From the human T2T-CHM13v2.0 reference genome, Homo sapiens, in the NCBI GenBank assembly GCA_009914755.4, contig CP068257.2:34976001-35040000 (forward strand): a DNA stretch of 64,000 nucleotides. Reading direction: 5' to 3'. Positions 44,970-58,414 of the stretch are shown piece by piece. The stretch's first letter is position 1. Each line of letters opens with the position of its first letter. The translations under genes were made by a program, and so were the position numbers. Below the pieces are notes generated by a model. It saw only the letters and a list, made by a program, of their open reading frames with translations. It was not told the origin of the DNA and did not search any database.

Positions 44970-47089
44970 CAAGAACTTTTTAAATTCTGTGCAACCAAGA
45001 AATTCAAAACTGATCTACATGCCCTGTCCAGGTTGACCAGTTATCCCGCTAAACTAGTAACCACCAGAGACTGAGCCTGGAGTGGGGGCTCTATCTGTGC
45101 CTTGCTTAGTTCTTCATTTTGATTAAAAATACAAATGCCTATATTCTACCCCTAACCCCTTTACTGACTAATTCATGGGATCCATTTGACCGCTATTGAT
45201 GTTTTCTCACTTATTAAAAAAAATAGTTTCAGTGTAATTATTCTGAGTTAAATACATTTGCCTCTTTTTATCCTAAAAATTGGAAGTTGAAGAATCCTTT
45301 TGTTGCCCTTAATGAGCTACCGTAGTAGCTTCCTAGGGCTGCAGTCACAAAGTATTGCAAACTGGCTGGCTTGAAATAACAGAAACCATTCTCTCACGGT
45401 TCTCGAGGCAGACATCCAAAATGAAGGTGTTGGCAGGACTGGTTCCCTCTTGGAGACTCAAAGGAAGAACTGGTTCCATGCCTCTCTTCTATCTTCTAAT
45501 GGTTGCTCTTGGTTTGCAACTGCGTAACCCCAGTCTCCATCCCTGTTGTCACATGGCTGTTATCCCTCCGCGTGTCTGTGCCTTTACATGGTGTCCTCCT
45601 CTGTATGTGTGTCTCTGTATCTATTTTCCTCTTCTTATAACTTCCATCTTAGTTACATCTGCAAAGACTCCATTTCCAAATAAGGTCACATTCACAAGTA
45701 CCAGGAGTCCAGACTTGAACATATCTCTTGCAGGGACACAGCTCAACCCCCAATGCACAGTGTGCCTGTCAACTTCCATACACACTGGTTTGGTTCTATC
45801 CCAGGAAGTGGGGAGCCAGGGCTGAGAGACCAAAAATCCTAGATCCTGGTCCCAAGTTCTCAGCCCATGACTACGCATTACTGTTTCTAACAATGATATC
45901 AAAGGATCCTAAAGACTGGTTATATTGAAATACGCCAAAGACAACCTCTAACCCTGAGGCCCAGAGAGCCCCAGGAATCTAAGCTCTCAGTCTTGGACCC
46001 AACAGCAAGCCCTCTCTCAACTACTCTGATGGTCTCCTGGCCCCGACATCAGCATGTGTAGCCTCCTGCTGCCTGTCTGCAAAGCTGTCCCTGCACAATA
46101 CACTCTTCTAAGCATCTCAGAGAGGACAGGATGTGGCTTTGCATGGTAGTTGGAAATGATCAAGAAAATATATATTTACCAAAATCTGAGCTGAAATTAG
46201 GATATCCGGATGCTGAGTGTTAATGAGCAGCGTGTCGGTGTTTAACAACCGGGGCCACAGGCCATCAGTTTCACAGGACTCATTTGAATAATGCTTCCAA
46301 CTGTACAGACAGTGCAGGGAAAGCAGTACACAGATTGGCTTATCAGGAAACACATAAAGGAAAGGAGGAGGGGAAAAAAAACCCCATGGGATCCTGCAGG
46401 CTAAAAAAAAAAAAATGCTAAAAGGAAAAATAAATGTACATGTGTACCTCTTAAGTCTCACAAATCTGCAGGGATTTGTAACTCAGGAAAACCCTGAAGT
46501 GAAACACAAATCAAAAAGGGACCAAGGGCCATAATCCACATTCCTAAATTAGTTGTCTTTTCCGGTAATGAAAAAAGAATCAGACTGTAAGTATACAATA
46601 TCTCTCCCTGTCATTGCCGCTTCTTTCATTGCTTTCTTAAAATATTACAAAGCAAACAAATCCTGCATTCTAATCCATTATAAACCAGTTCCATATCTAA
46701 TCAACTTGAAGCCAAAGCCATCTGAGCAGTGCAAACATTTTTTAAAAGAGTCATTCTAAGATAAGCAAAACAGGAAATTGGAGGTTGACGATGATGAAAC
46801 TGATATCCAAATGGTAATCTGAGCAGTAAAGTCACTAAACCCTTCCTGCACCATAAACAGAGTTTCTTGGGATGTGTTTCATTCGCTTTCCCTGGCGATT
46901 TGGCAGTAGGTTGTACCAGTTAGTACAAATCATCATCTTTCTCTTCCTTACCCCATGTCGGCAGACCGCGGCCAGGATGCGGGATCCCAGGGCGCCAGGC
47001 GCTCCCATCTGCTCTGCTGAACAATGTGTGGTCCACCCTTTATCCAAGCTGCAGAGGGGAAGGGCAGATGGAGCCACCTTGCCTTCTAA

Positions 47090-47350
47090 GTGACTTCAGC
47101 AAAAGCACATCTGTCCTCCAGGGCAGGTTCTCGACCCCAGCACTATTCACATTTTTAGCTGGATCGCTTTTCGTCGTCGGAGGCTGTCTTGTTCGTGGTG
47201 GGTTGTTTAGCCGCACCCCTAGCTTCTACCCACTAGATGCCAGTAGCACCCCTCCCAGATATGACCATCAAAAAATGTCTCTGAACATTGCCAAATGTCC
47301 CTGGGAGTGGGAGGCACAATCACCCCCTGTTGAGAACCACTTAGAAAGAA
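47090..47350 (+). mobile_element. MER33-like hAT non-autonomous DNA transposon, copy 3 of 3, in opposite orientation to copies 1 and 2 and unusually CpG-retaining
   Basis: ..ggcaggttctcgaccccagcactattcacatttttagctggatcgcttttcgtcgtcggaggctgtcttgttcgtggtgggttgtttagccgcacccctagcttctacccactagatgccagtagcacccctcccagatatgaccatcaaaaaatgtctctgaacattgccaaatgtccctgggagtgggaggcacaatcaccccctgttgagaaccactt is the reverse complement of copies 1 and 2. Confidence 0.7.
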
Positions 47351-47590
47351 CTTTTGCTGGGAAGAGCTCAGAGCATGCATTTAAACAGTGTTCGGTGTTC
47401 TCGCATTAGCCTTTCCCAAGGGAATTAGTTACTAACTGAATGTCACCTTCTCCACGAGACTTCCCCTGAGCACCCTATTTATGCTCACTCACTATTTTCA
47501 TTACTTATCATGTTAACTGTTTAATATTCTGCCTCCCCTGTTACACTATATGTAGTTCCAGGCACAGAGTAAATGTTCAAAAACATTTGT

Positions 47591-47905
47591 TGGCCAGGCA
47601 AGGTGGCTCATGCCTAGAATCCCAACACTTTGGGAGGCTGAGGTGGGAGGATCACTTGAGGCCATAAGTTAGAGACCAGCCTGGTCAACATAGTAAGATC
47701 CTGTCTCTACTGAAAGAAAAAAGAAAAAAATAGCCAAGCACAGGGGCATGTGCCTGTAGTCCTAGCTACTTGAGAGGCTGAGGCAGGAGGATTGCGTGAG
47801 CCCAGGAGTTAGAGGCTGCAGTGAGCTGTGATCATGCCATTGCACTGTAGCCTGGGCAACAGAGCAGGATCCTATCTTTAAAAAAAGAATTAAAATAAAT
47901 TTTAA
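47591..47905 (+). mobile_element. Alu SINE (AluJ-like) with a degenerate A-rich tail and target-site duplication
   Basis: ggccaggcaaggtggctcatgcctagaatcccaacactttgggaggctgaggtgggaggatcacttgaggccataagttagagaccagcctggtcaacatagtaagatcctgtctc.. Flanks aaaacatttgtt (47579-47590) and aaaacatttact (47906-47917). Confidence 0.85.
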
Positions 47906-49405
47906 AACATTTACTTATTTGACAAATAAATGGAAAGAAACCAAACTTCACATAGTATAAACAAAGAAGAAATGAGTTGCCCACCTAACTAGGGTGATGT
48001 GGTGAGGAGGACCCAGGGCTCCTGGACTCAGTGCCACAGCCACGGTGCCAACAATGAATTCAATGACACCTGCTTGTCAGGGCTGTTGGGGGTTAAATAG
48101 GGTCGTGTGTGTATGTGCCTAACACGCAGCGCATGTGTGGGTGCTCCGGCCTGCCCCGCCTTCCCTACCTCTTTTCTGATGCAGCATCCTCAGCTCTTCC
48201 CCAGGGCGCTCCCTGCCTGTGGACTCCTGGGGCCCAGGCCAGACCCTGCCTGCAGATGATTTGAGGACCCGTGTCTTTAGCAGCCTGTTTGGTCTGAGGC
48301 CTGGGTCCATGGTGGCAGACCACTTGCCAGACCAACCCCTTGGCTGCCTGGCCTGTGAACTCCAGCCGCCCCACCTCTGGCCAGCACCCTGGGCCCATGC
48401 ACAGTTCGACCTGGGCGAAGCTCTGTCTGCCACCTGGGACCCCCAAAGGTGCCACCTTGCCTGAGCCAGGCACTCCCTGCTCTCCTAAAGTCACTCAATC
48501 TTAGGAAATGTCTGTTGTCCAATCTGGCACACTCCATGCTGTGGGTGCTCACACTTCTTAGACGCAGTGCTCCACTGGGTGTGCTCTGTTCTTGGGGTAA
48601 AGCTAAGTCCTTGTGGCTTTAGACCAGAGAAGTTTCTTTCTGTCTTACAGGGAGTTCCAAGTAGTGAGGGCTGCTCAGCTCCACACAGTCACTCAGAAAC
48701 CCAAGTCCCTTTCCCGTGTAGCTCCCCCATCCCCATGGCTTTCTTGTTGTCTACGTGACTGAATTCACTTGCCTTCCCCTGCTTCCAGCCAGGGGAAGGG
48801 GAAAGAGTATGGAGGAGATGAGTCCTACACAGAGACATGAGTCCCATATCCAGAAACGGCACTTCCTTACATTCCCATGGGCAGGAATCTAGTCCCACGG
48901 CCACATCTCACTGCAAGAGAGGCCGCAAGGTGCAGGCAGAAGGGAGGGCAGGCAGAGGGGAGATGTGGGGTCCCTTCCCCACTCTTCTCCAGCAATCATT
49001 TCCTGAGTGTTTTGCTGACTGCAGTCACCTCCACTCCAGTGAGCTCCTTAATCCAGCAGAGAAGACACACACCCAGAGCACAATCTAAGAGGACACAGAG
49101 GAGTGGGCAGCTGGCTTGGCTGTTGCACTTGAAGACAGGATCCCAACCAGGAGCAGACGGGAGGCGGCATTCGAGCTGGCGTCTATCTAAGACAAGAGGA
49201 GGAAGGACAGGGTGAGAATTTTGCCTGGTCTTAAATCCATATGCCCTTGAGTTTTTTCAATCCTTAGGAAAATGAGTGAAACAGACCTGGGTCATTTGAC
49301 CATTAAAGATTTTGGACAATCTCTGCAAGAGTTAGAGGCACCATGTGCCCCAGATCATCACCCTTCTCCAAAACGGTCCCTTGGTTTGCTTGGTTATTTT
49401 TGTAG

Positions 49406-49908
<503 letters not shown>

Positions 49909-50404
49909 TGAGTTGCCAGAAAAATAAAAGTTGATTTAAATGTCCCATGACTAAGTACTGAGTCATCATTTGTCATTATTATTTTATTATTTCTTACTTG
50001 TGAGAAATTATTTTATTAATATTTTTATTTACCTTTATTATTTCTCAGCTGGAGAAACCCTACAGAAGGGTGCTGGTCATGCAGCCTCATGGCCACCGTG
50101 TCCTCAGCAGGCCTGGTTCCTTCCCCCCAGGACCACGGAGGCACAGCCGCCCCTCAGGGGCATAGCATACGGTGTGGTGCGGCCCCTCTTTTCCTGAGCT
50201 GAGATTTTTTCGTCTTGTCACGCCCCCCATCTCCCATGCGGCCTCCTCTTCCCAAGACCCCTGGCTTCACTGCAGACTTAGCCACCAGCTCCGCATCATT
50301 TGCCCAGCCTGCAACCTCCCGGAGGTGCTTCCCCGCCTCCCAAGACAGCGGGTAGGTGCCAACTGCTAATTTTCTTCCAGTGGCCCACCCTTACAACTCA
50401 TCCA

Positions 50405-50854
50405 TTGCACTCCAAAAGATTGTTTTTTGGAGGACATTTTTTTAAATTTTATTTTTTCCATAAGTTATTGGGGTATGGGTGGTATTTGGTTACATGAGTA
50501 AGTTCTTTAGTGGAGATTTGTGAGCTCCTGCTGCACCCATCACCCGAGCAGTATACACTGCACCATATTTGTTATCTTTTATTCCTCACCCCCCTCCCAC
50601 TCTTCCCCCCAAGTCCCCAAAGTCCATTGTATCATTCTTATGCCTTTGTGTCCTCATAGCTTAGCTCCCACGTATCAGTGAGAACATACAATGTTTGGTT
50701 TTCCATTCCTGAGTTAATTCACTTAGAATAAAAATTTCCAATCTCATCCAGGTCATTGCAAATGCTGTTCATTCATTCCTTTTTATGGCTGAGTAGTATT
50801 CCATCATATATATATATGTGTATATATATATGTATATGTATGTATATATATGTG

Positions 50855-50887
<33 letters not shown>

Positions 50888-51155
50888 ATACACCACAGTT
50901 TCTTTATCCACTTATTGATTGATGGGCATTTGGATTGGTTCTATGACTTTGCAATTGTGAATTGTGCTGCTATAAACATGCGTGTGCAAGTATCTTTTTC
51001 GTGTAATGACTTCTTTTCCTTTGGGTAGATACCCAGCAGTGGGATTGCTGGATCAAATGGTAGTTCTACTTTTAGTTCTTTAAGGAATCTCCACACTGTT
51101 TTCCATAGTGGCTGTGCTAGTTTACCTTCCCAGCAGCAGTGTAGAAGTGTTCCCT
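50405..51155 (-). mobile_element. 5'-truncated L1 (L1PA-like) 3' end, ORF2 C-terminal region plus 3'UTR, in reverse orientation, with an internal (TA)n(TG)n microsatellite at 50805-50890
   Basis: Reverse complement of the L1 3'UTR (..ggtatttggttacatgagtaagttctttagtggagatttgtgagctcctgctgcacccatcacccgagcagtatacactgcaccat..) and of ORF2 3' coding sequence (..ttttatggctgagtagtattccat..gatgggcatttggattggttctatgactttgcaattgtgaattgtgctgctataaacatgcgtgtgcaagt..gggtagatacccagcagtgggattgctggatcaaatggtagttctac..). Mirrors forward L1 positions at about 28290-28560. Confidence 0.85.
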
Positions 51156-51189
51156 GATAGTAAAAGGATATTTTAAATATAAAAGAAAT

Positions 51190-52075
<886 letters not shown>

Positions 52076-54168
52076 TGCTACTCATTGATCAATGTTTCCT
52101 TGTCCTGTATGTTTTAAGGTGTCTTCATTTTCTTTTTATGATCCTGAGTTGGCCACCAACCAACAAAAGTATTCTCCTCCTGAGTGGCACACTAGATATT
52201 GTTCTCCTAAAAATTCAGTCGAGATTCCAATATTTGGTCAACCCCACAAAAACACTCATGTTCTAGTTCAGTCAGGATAACAAATGAAACAGTTCCCAAC
52301 TTACCCAACTTCGATTGTCTGACCGAACTCAGGCTCACATGATATTTATGTCTGAGTGCCCCCCAAACACACAACTGAATAAACAGCCAATTCACTTCGA
52401 AAAATTCCCATTTGGCCACAATCTTGCAGCTATCTGTGAACTCTGCCCCGCCTGAAACACACTTTGGTGCTACAAAGAGCATTCTCCTCCCCGGACACCA
52501 TATCCTGGGAAGCAAGGAATTGTTTGGAGATGCTCCCAGCTGGCCACCCAGTCTCTGTCCTCAGGGATCCAGAAAGCTCTGGAGGCTGCCTGGCCCTCGG
52601 CACTGACCTGGAGCAGAATTGGGAAGTAAGTGGATGTGGCTTTTTCTACCCGTGGGCTCCAGGAATCAGCCTTTTCCAGCTCCTGTGGAGTCACCCATGA
52701 GATTTCCATTAGGAATACCTTTTTGTTTCTCTTGGGACTACTTGTTGTTGGTTTACTTATTTATTTATTTATTTTCATTTTCCATTTTGGCTTTCACATT
52801 GCAAAGAATGGGCCATGTGGCAGGGACACCTCTGCTTTGAGGCCAGCATGGGCACCTTACACCCCCAAGTGGGCTGCAGAGCCTAGCCGGACTGAATCCC
52901 ATCAGCAGGTTCTTTTACTTCTTCCAAGATGGTAGCACTTCCTGCCTGGCAGGCACTGCTGCTAGTCAGGTTGAGAACGTCCACAACTCGCCATCCCCAC
53001 GTGTGTGCAGACATGAAATGCCTACGTGGCAAATATCAGGCCTGACAGAACCAGGCAAATATTGACACAGCCAGGTGAGGGGAAGCATTCATTCTTTCTG
53101 TCAGCATTTACAAAGCACCTACTAAGTGTCAGGGCTTGTGCTAGGTGCCAAGCAAAACCAAACAGGGCCACTGCCCTCCTTGTGGGAGGCAGGCACGAAT
53201 CCTATTTATTTTGGGTCTCAGAGTCCTGGTCCCAGAGCAGAGATTCCATAAACATTTTAAATTGTGTGTGTGAGTGAGAACAGGAGAGGAGAGTGCATGG
53301 GAGGGTTTGCACCTGACATGCCCACACTAAAAAGCGGACCTCCACCTTTAGTTCCTCCCTAATGGAGAGCCATCACCGACACTCCATTAGGGAGAAAAAA
53401 AACAACTCGTTTTTCTCTTGAGAGTCGGAACAGTATTGGTTTTCAATGTTTCAAACCTATGAACAAATACCCCCATGTGTAAAGTCCCATTTCACTCAAG
53501 AATCGTCTGTGTTGATCTCAAACACACATTTATGTTTCTTGGTTGGAAAAGAAGAAAAACACTAAACGAATTTTAGTGACCATTTCTTTAAACCTGAGAG
53601 GATGGGGAAGCTCAGCTTTCAGACTGTATCAGCAGGGGATGCGATTCCACACTCGGGTGTCATGTGATAGCATTCACAGAGCACAGGAAATACTTCCGCC
53701 CGCCCGTCAGCCGGGACAATGGGACTGAAGGTAGCTGGGGGAGAAGGAGGGGTATGAAGGAAATTTCAAGGAAGACAATGAAAAGTTGAGTAAAATCCTT
53801 CATTGTCAAAATGAGATCAAATTAGCAATGGTCTCAAAAGCTGTCCAAAGTGAGGGACCCTCCTTCCCCATCAGAGACTTTCTGTTTAAGGAAGTCCACA
53901 CCAGCAAGAGTTCCCTAAACAGTGTGTTTTAGGAGTACACCCCAAGAACACTCACTGAATTCCCTTTTCCCTAACCTTCTAGAAGCCTTGCCCCAGTTTT
54001 ATCCCTGTCCTTACTGTTTGCTTAACCCTGTGGGCCAAAGCTCCACTACAGCCATGGATGACTCACAAGCTCAAAATGCCTTCGTCCTAAGCTTCACTAG
54101 CCGCACGACTTTACAATTGTTCCCAACACACTCTGTGTGCTACTGCAGGCGTCTCTGGGAAATATTTA

Positions 54169-54682
<514 letters not shown>

Positions 54683-54719
54683 TCACACACTCTATATACA
54701 TACTATAGAATATTACTCA

Positions 54720-55052
<333 letters not shown>

Positions 55053-55440
55053 ACCCACATGCTGTATATGCATGTGACAGAATATTACTCAGCCACAAAG
55101 AGGAATAGTTCTGGTCACCCTACAGTATGGATAAACCTTGAAGATGTGCTGGGTGAAGGAGGTTAGACACAAAGGACCACACATGACATGATTGTATTTA
55201 TATGAAATGCCCAGAATAGGCAAATCCAGAGAGACAGAAAGCAGATTGGTGGTTTCCAGGGGCTAGGAGGAGAGAGGAATGGGGTGCAACTGCTTAGTGG
55301 ATAGAGGGTTTCCTTTTGGGGTGATGAAAGGCTTTTGGAACTAGATAGAGGGAGCGGGTGTAGAAATGCCACTGAATTGTGCACTTTAAAATGGTTGGTT
55401 TTATGTTAAGTGAATTTCACTTCAATAAACCCACCCCCAC
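55053..55440 (+). mobile_element. Ancient L1 (L1M/L1PB-like) 3'-terminal fragment. A short piece of the same element lies between the two Alus at 54683-54736.
   Basis: ..tatgcatgtgacagaatattactcagccacaaagaggaat..tgtatttatatgaaatgcccagaataggcaaatccagagagacagaaagcagattggtggtttccaggggctaggaggagagaggaatggggtgcaactgcttagtggatagagggtttccttttggggtgatgaaa..actgaattgtgcactttaaaatggttggttttatgttaagtgaatttcacttcaataaa is typical of an old L1 3'UTR. Confidence 0.7.
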
Positions 55441-55496
55441 ACACACGCACACATGCATGCACACTTATTGCTTACATCCCCAAAAGAGGCCATGAT

Positions 55497-55580
55497 TTTT
55501 TTTTTTTTTTTTGAGACAGAGTCTCGCTCTGTCGCCCAGGCTGGAGTGCAGTGGCGCGATCTCGGCTCACTGCAAGCCCC
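55497..55580 (-). mobile_element. Severely 5'-truncated AluY fragment, consisting of the 3'-terminal roughly 67 bp plus a 17-nt poly-A, flanked by a 16 bp target-site duplication
   Basis: t17 gagacagagtctcgctctgtcgcccaggctggagtgcagtggcgcgatctcggctcactgcaagc is identical to the reverse complement of the AluY consensus. Flanks aagaggccatgatttt (55481-55496) and aagaggccatgatttt (55582-55597). Confidence 0.9.
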
Positions 55581-56335
55581 AAGAGGCCATGATTTTAATC
55601 TTTGATTTCACCTGGATACCCCTGGCAAATTGTATTTATATTTTAAAAATAAAACTCCTTGGCTTTAGGGGTGTAGAGGGCCCAATTCCAGAACATTTGG
55701 ATCTCTCCTCTCCGGAGAAACACCATCAACTCAGGAATAGAGGCGTTGAGGGAAGAACACGCAATGGCCAGGACTTCCCCGCCGGCCCGTGTTCCTGATG
55801 CATGGCTGATTTCCCTTTAGCCGAATGCAACGATAACAACAGTGTCCTTGGGAAGCCACCCTCCACCCATTGCCTTCCACATCTGCAATAGGGGTTGAAT
55901 GACATGGAGTTTCTTGTTTCGGTGCTTGAAGAATGATATGGTATGTCAGATGTCACGGGACATTAAATAAAGCTGCTCAGAGATGGAAATTGTTACCGTA
56001 TTTATTTGGAAGTACCAGCAGCCACTTAATTGCAATTTGCAGAAACAAGCTATTGGCTGAGAGTTATTTTTATCAGTTGATTCCACGGTGGATTAAGTGT
56101 TTCTGCCATTTCCAGGGTGAGCATCAAATGCCACAGGCTAACCTTGGAGGCGGGCATCATCTCCCAGTGAGCCTTGGGGGACTGATGGAATTTGGTGAGG
56201 CGCTAAAGCACCGGGCCTGCCCGGGGGGCCTACCTCATCTCACAGCTGGTACACAGATCCCTCCCTGAACATACCCCCAAAGAGGCTCATGGCTCATACT
56301 CCTGTGTCAGATGAAGGGCCACCACGAATGTCTAG

Positions 56336-57192
<857 letters not shown>

Positions 57193-57239
57193 ACTAAGAC
57201 ACAGGGACCTGTATGTTGCCACTAGAACTCCTATCTATC

Positions 57240-57420
57240 TACCTGGTTAACTAGTCATCCATATCTCCATCCATCCATCCATTCATCCATCCAGCCAGCC
57301 AGCCAGCCCTATGTCCATCCATCCATTCATCCATCCAGCCAGCCAGCCAGCCCTATGTCCATCCATCCATCCATCCATCCATCCATCTGTCCATCCATCC
57401 ATCCATCCATTCATCCATCT
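57240..57420. repeat. (CCAT)n/(TCCA)n microsatellite containing an internal roughly 50 bp duplicated block
   Basis: ccatccattcatccatccagccagccagccagccctatgtccatccat occurs twice in tandem within the CCAT run. Confidence 0.85.
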
Positions 57421-58009
57421 CTCTCACGGCCCTGCTTCTCTCTGTATTTTTGAAGCACTCAGGCTCTGAAACCCAATTATTGGACTTCAGGTCCTAGTAA
57501 TTCCATACTGTATATCTCTGTGGCATTTGGTGATTTACTGAAACTCTCTGTGCCTTAATTTCTACATCTTCAAAATGGGGATACAAACCTATCTCAGAAG
57601 ACTGATGAGAGGATTATTGAGTCACTCTCATAAAGCATGTTTGGGATAGTGTTTGGCACTTGGTAACTGCTCTGTAAATGTTAGATGTCACTATCATGAC
57701 TGAAGATGGGCTCCCTGCATGTGGTTTGTGGGGTGGGGGGTGGAAAATAGCCACAGAGAGCTCCCAACCTATGCTGTTCCATCTCAGCAAACCTGAAGGA
57801 GAGGAAGAGTGTTGCTCTTCCCAGCATTGATACATAAAACCCCAGGAGAGAATTCTGGAGCCTTGACCTAGGTCACTGGCCCATCTCTGGGTCACTCCCT
57901 GTGGCCAGGGGGTGGAGTCCTAGGATTGACTGAACAGACGGCACCAAGCCATTCAAGAGGGATCTGCCACCCACGACCCAAACACCTTCTTCTAGGCCCC
58001 ACCTCCAAT

Positions 58010-58058
58010 AGATCTTCCTTCCTTCCTTCCTTCCTTCTTTCCTTCCTTCCTTCCTTCC

Positions 58059-58114
<56 letters not shown>

Positions 58115-58117
58115 GTT
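58010..58117. repeat. (TTCC)n-(TC)n-(TTTC)n compound pyrimidine repeat, which is the decayed poly-A tail of the adjacent minus-strand Alu
   Basis: Direct reading. The reverse strand gives the EGRK-repeat ORF artefact (57873-58322). Confidence 0.85.

Positions 58118-58414
<297 letters not shown>

Noticed and set aside
48100-48560. Possible CpG island or promoter in the GC-rich stretch
   Set aside because: GC is high but CpG count is low (about 6 in 450 bp), so it is not an island. The overlapping track ORFs are composition artefacts.
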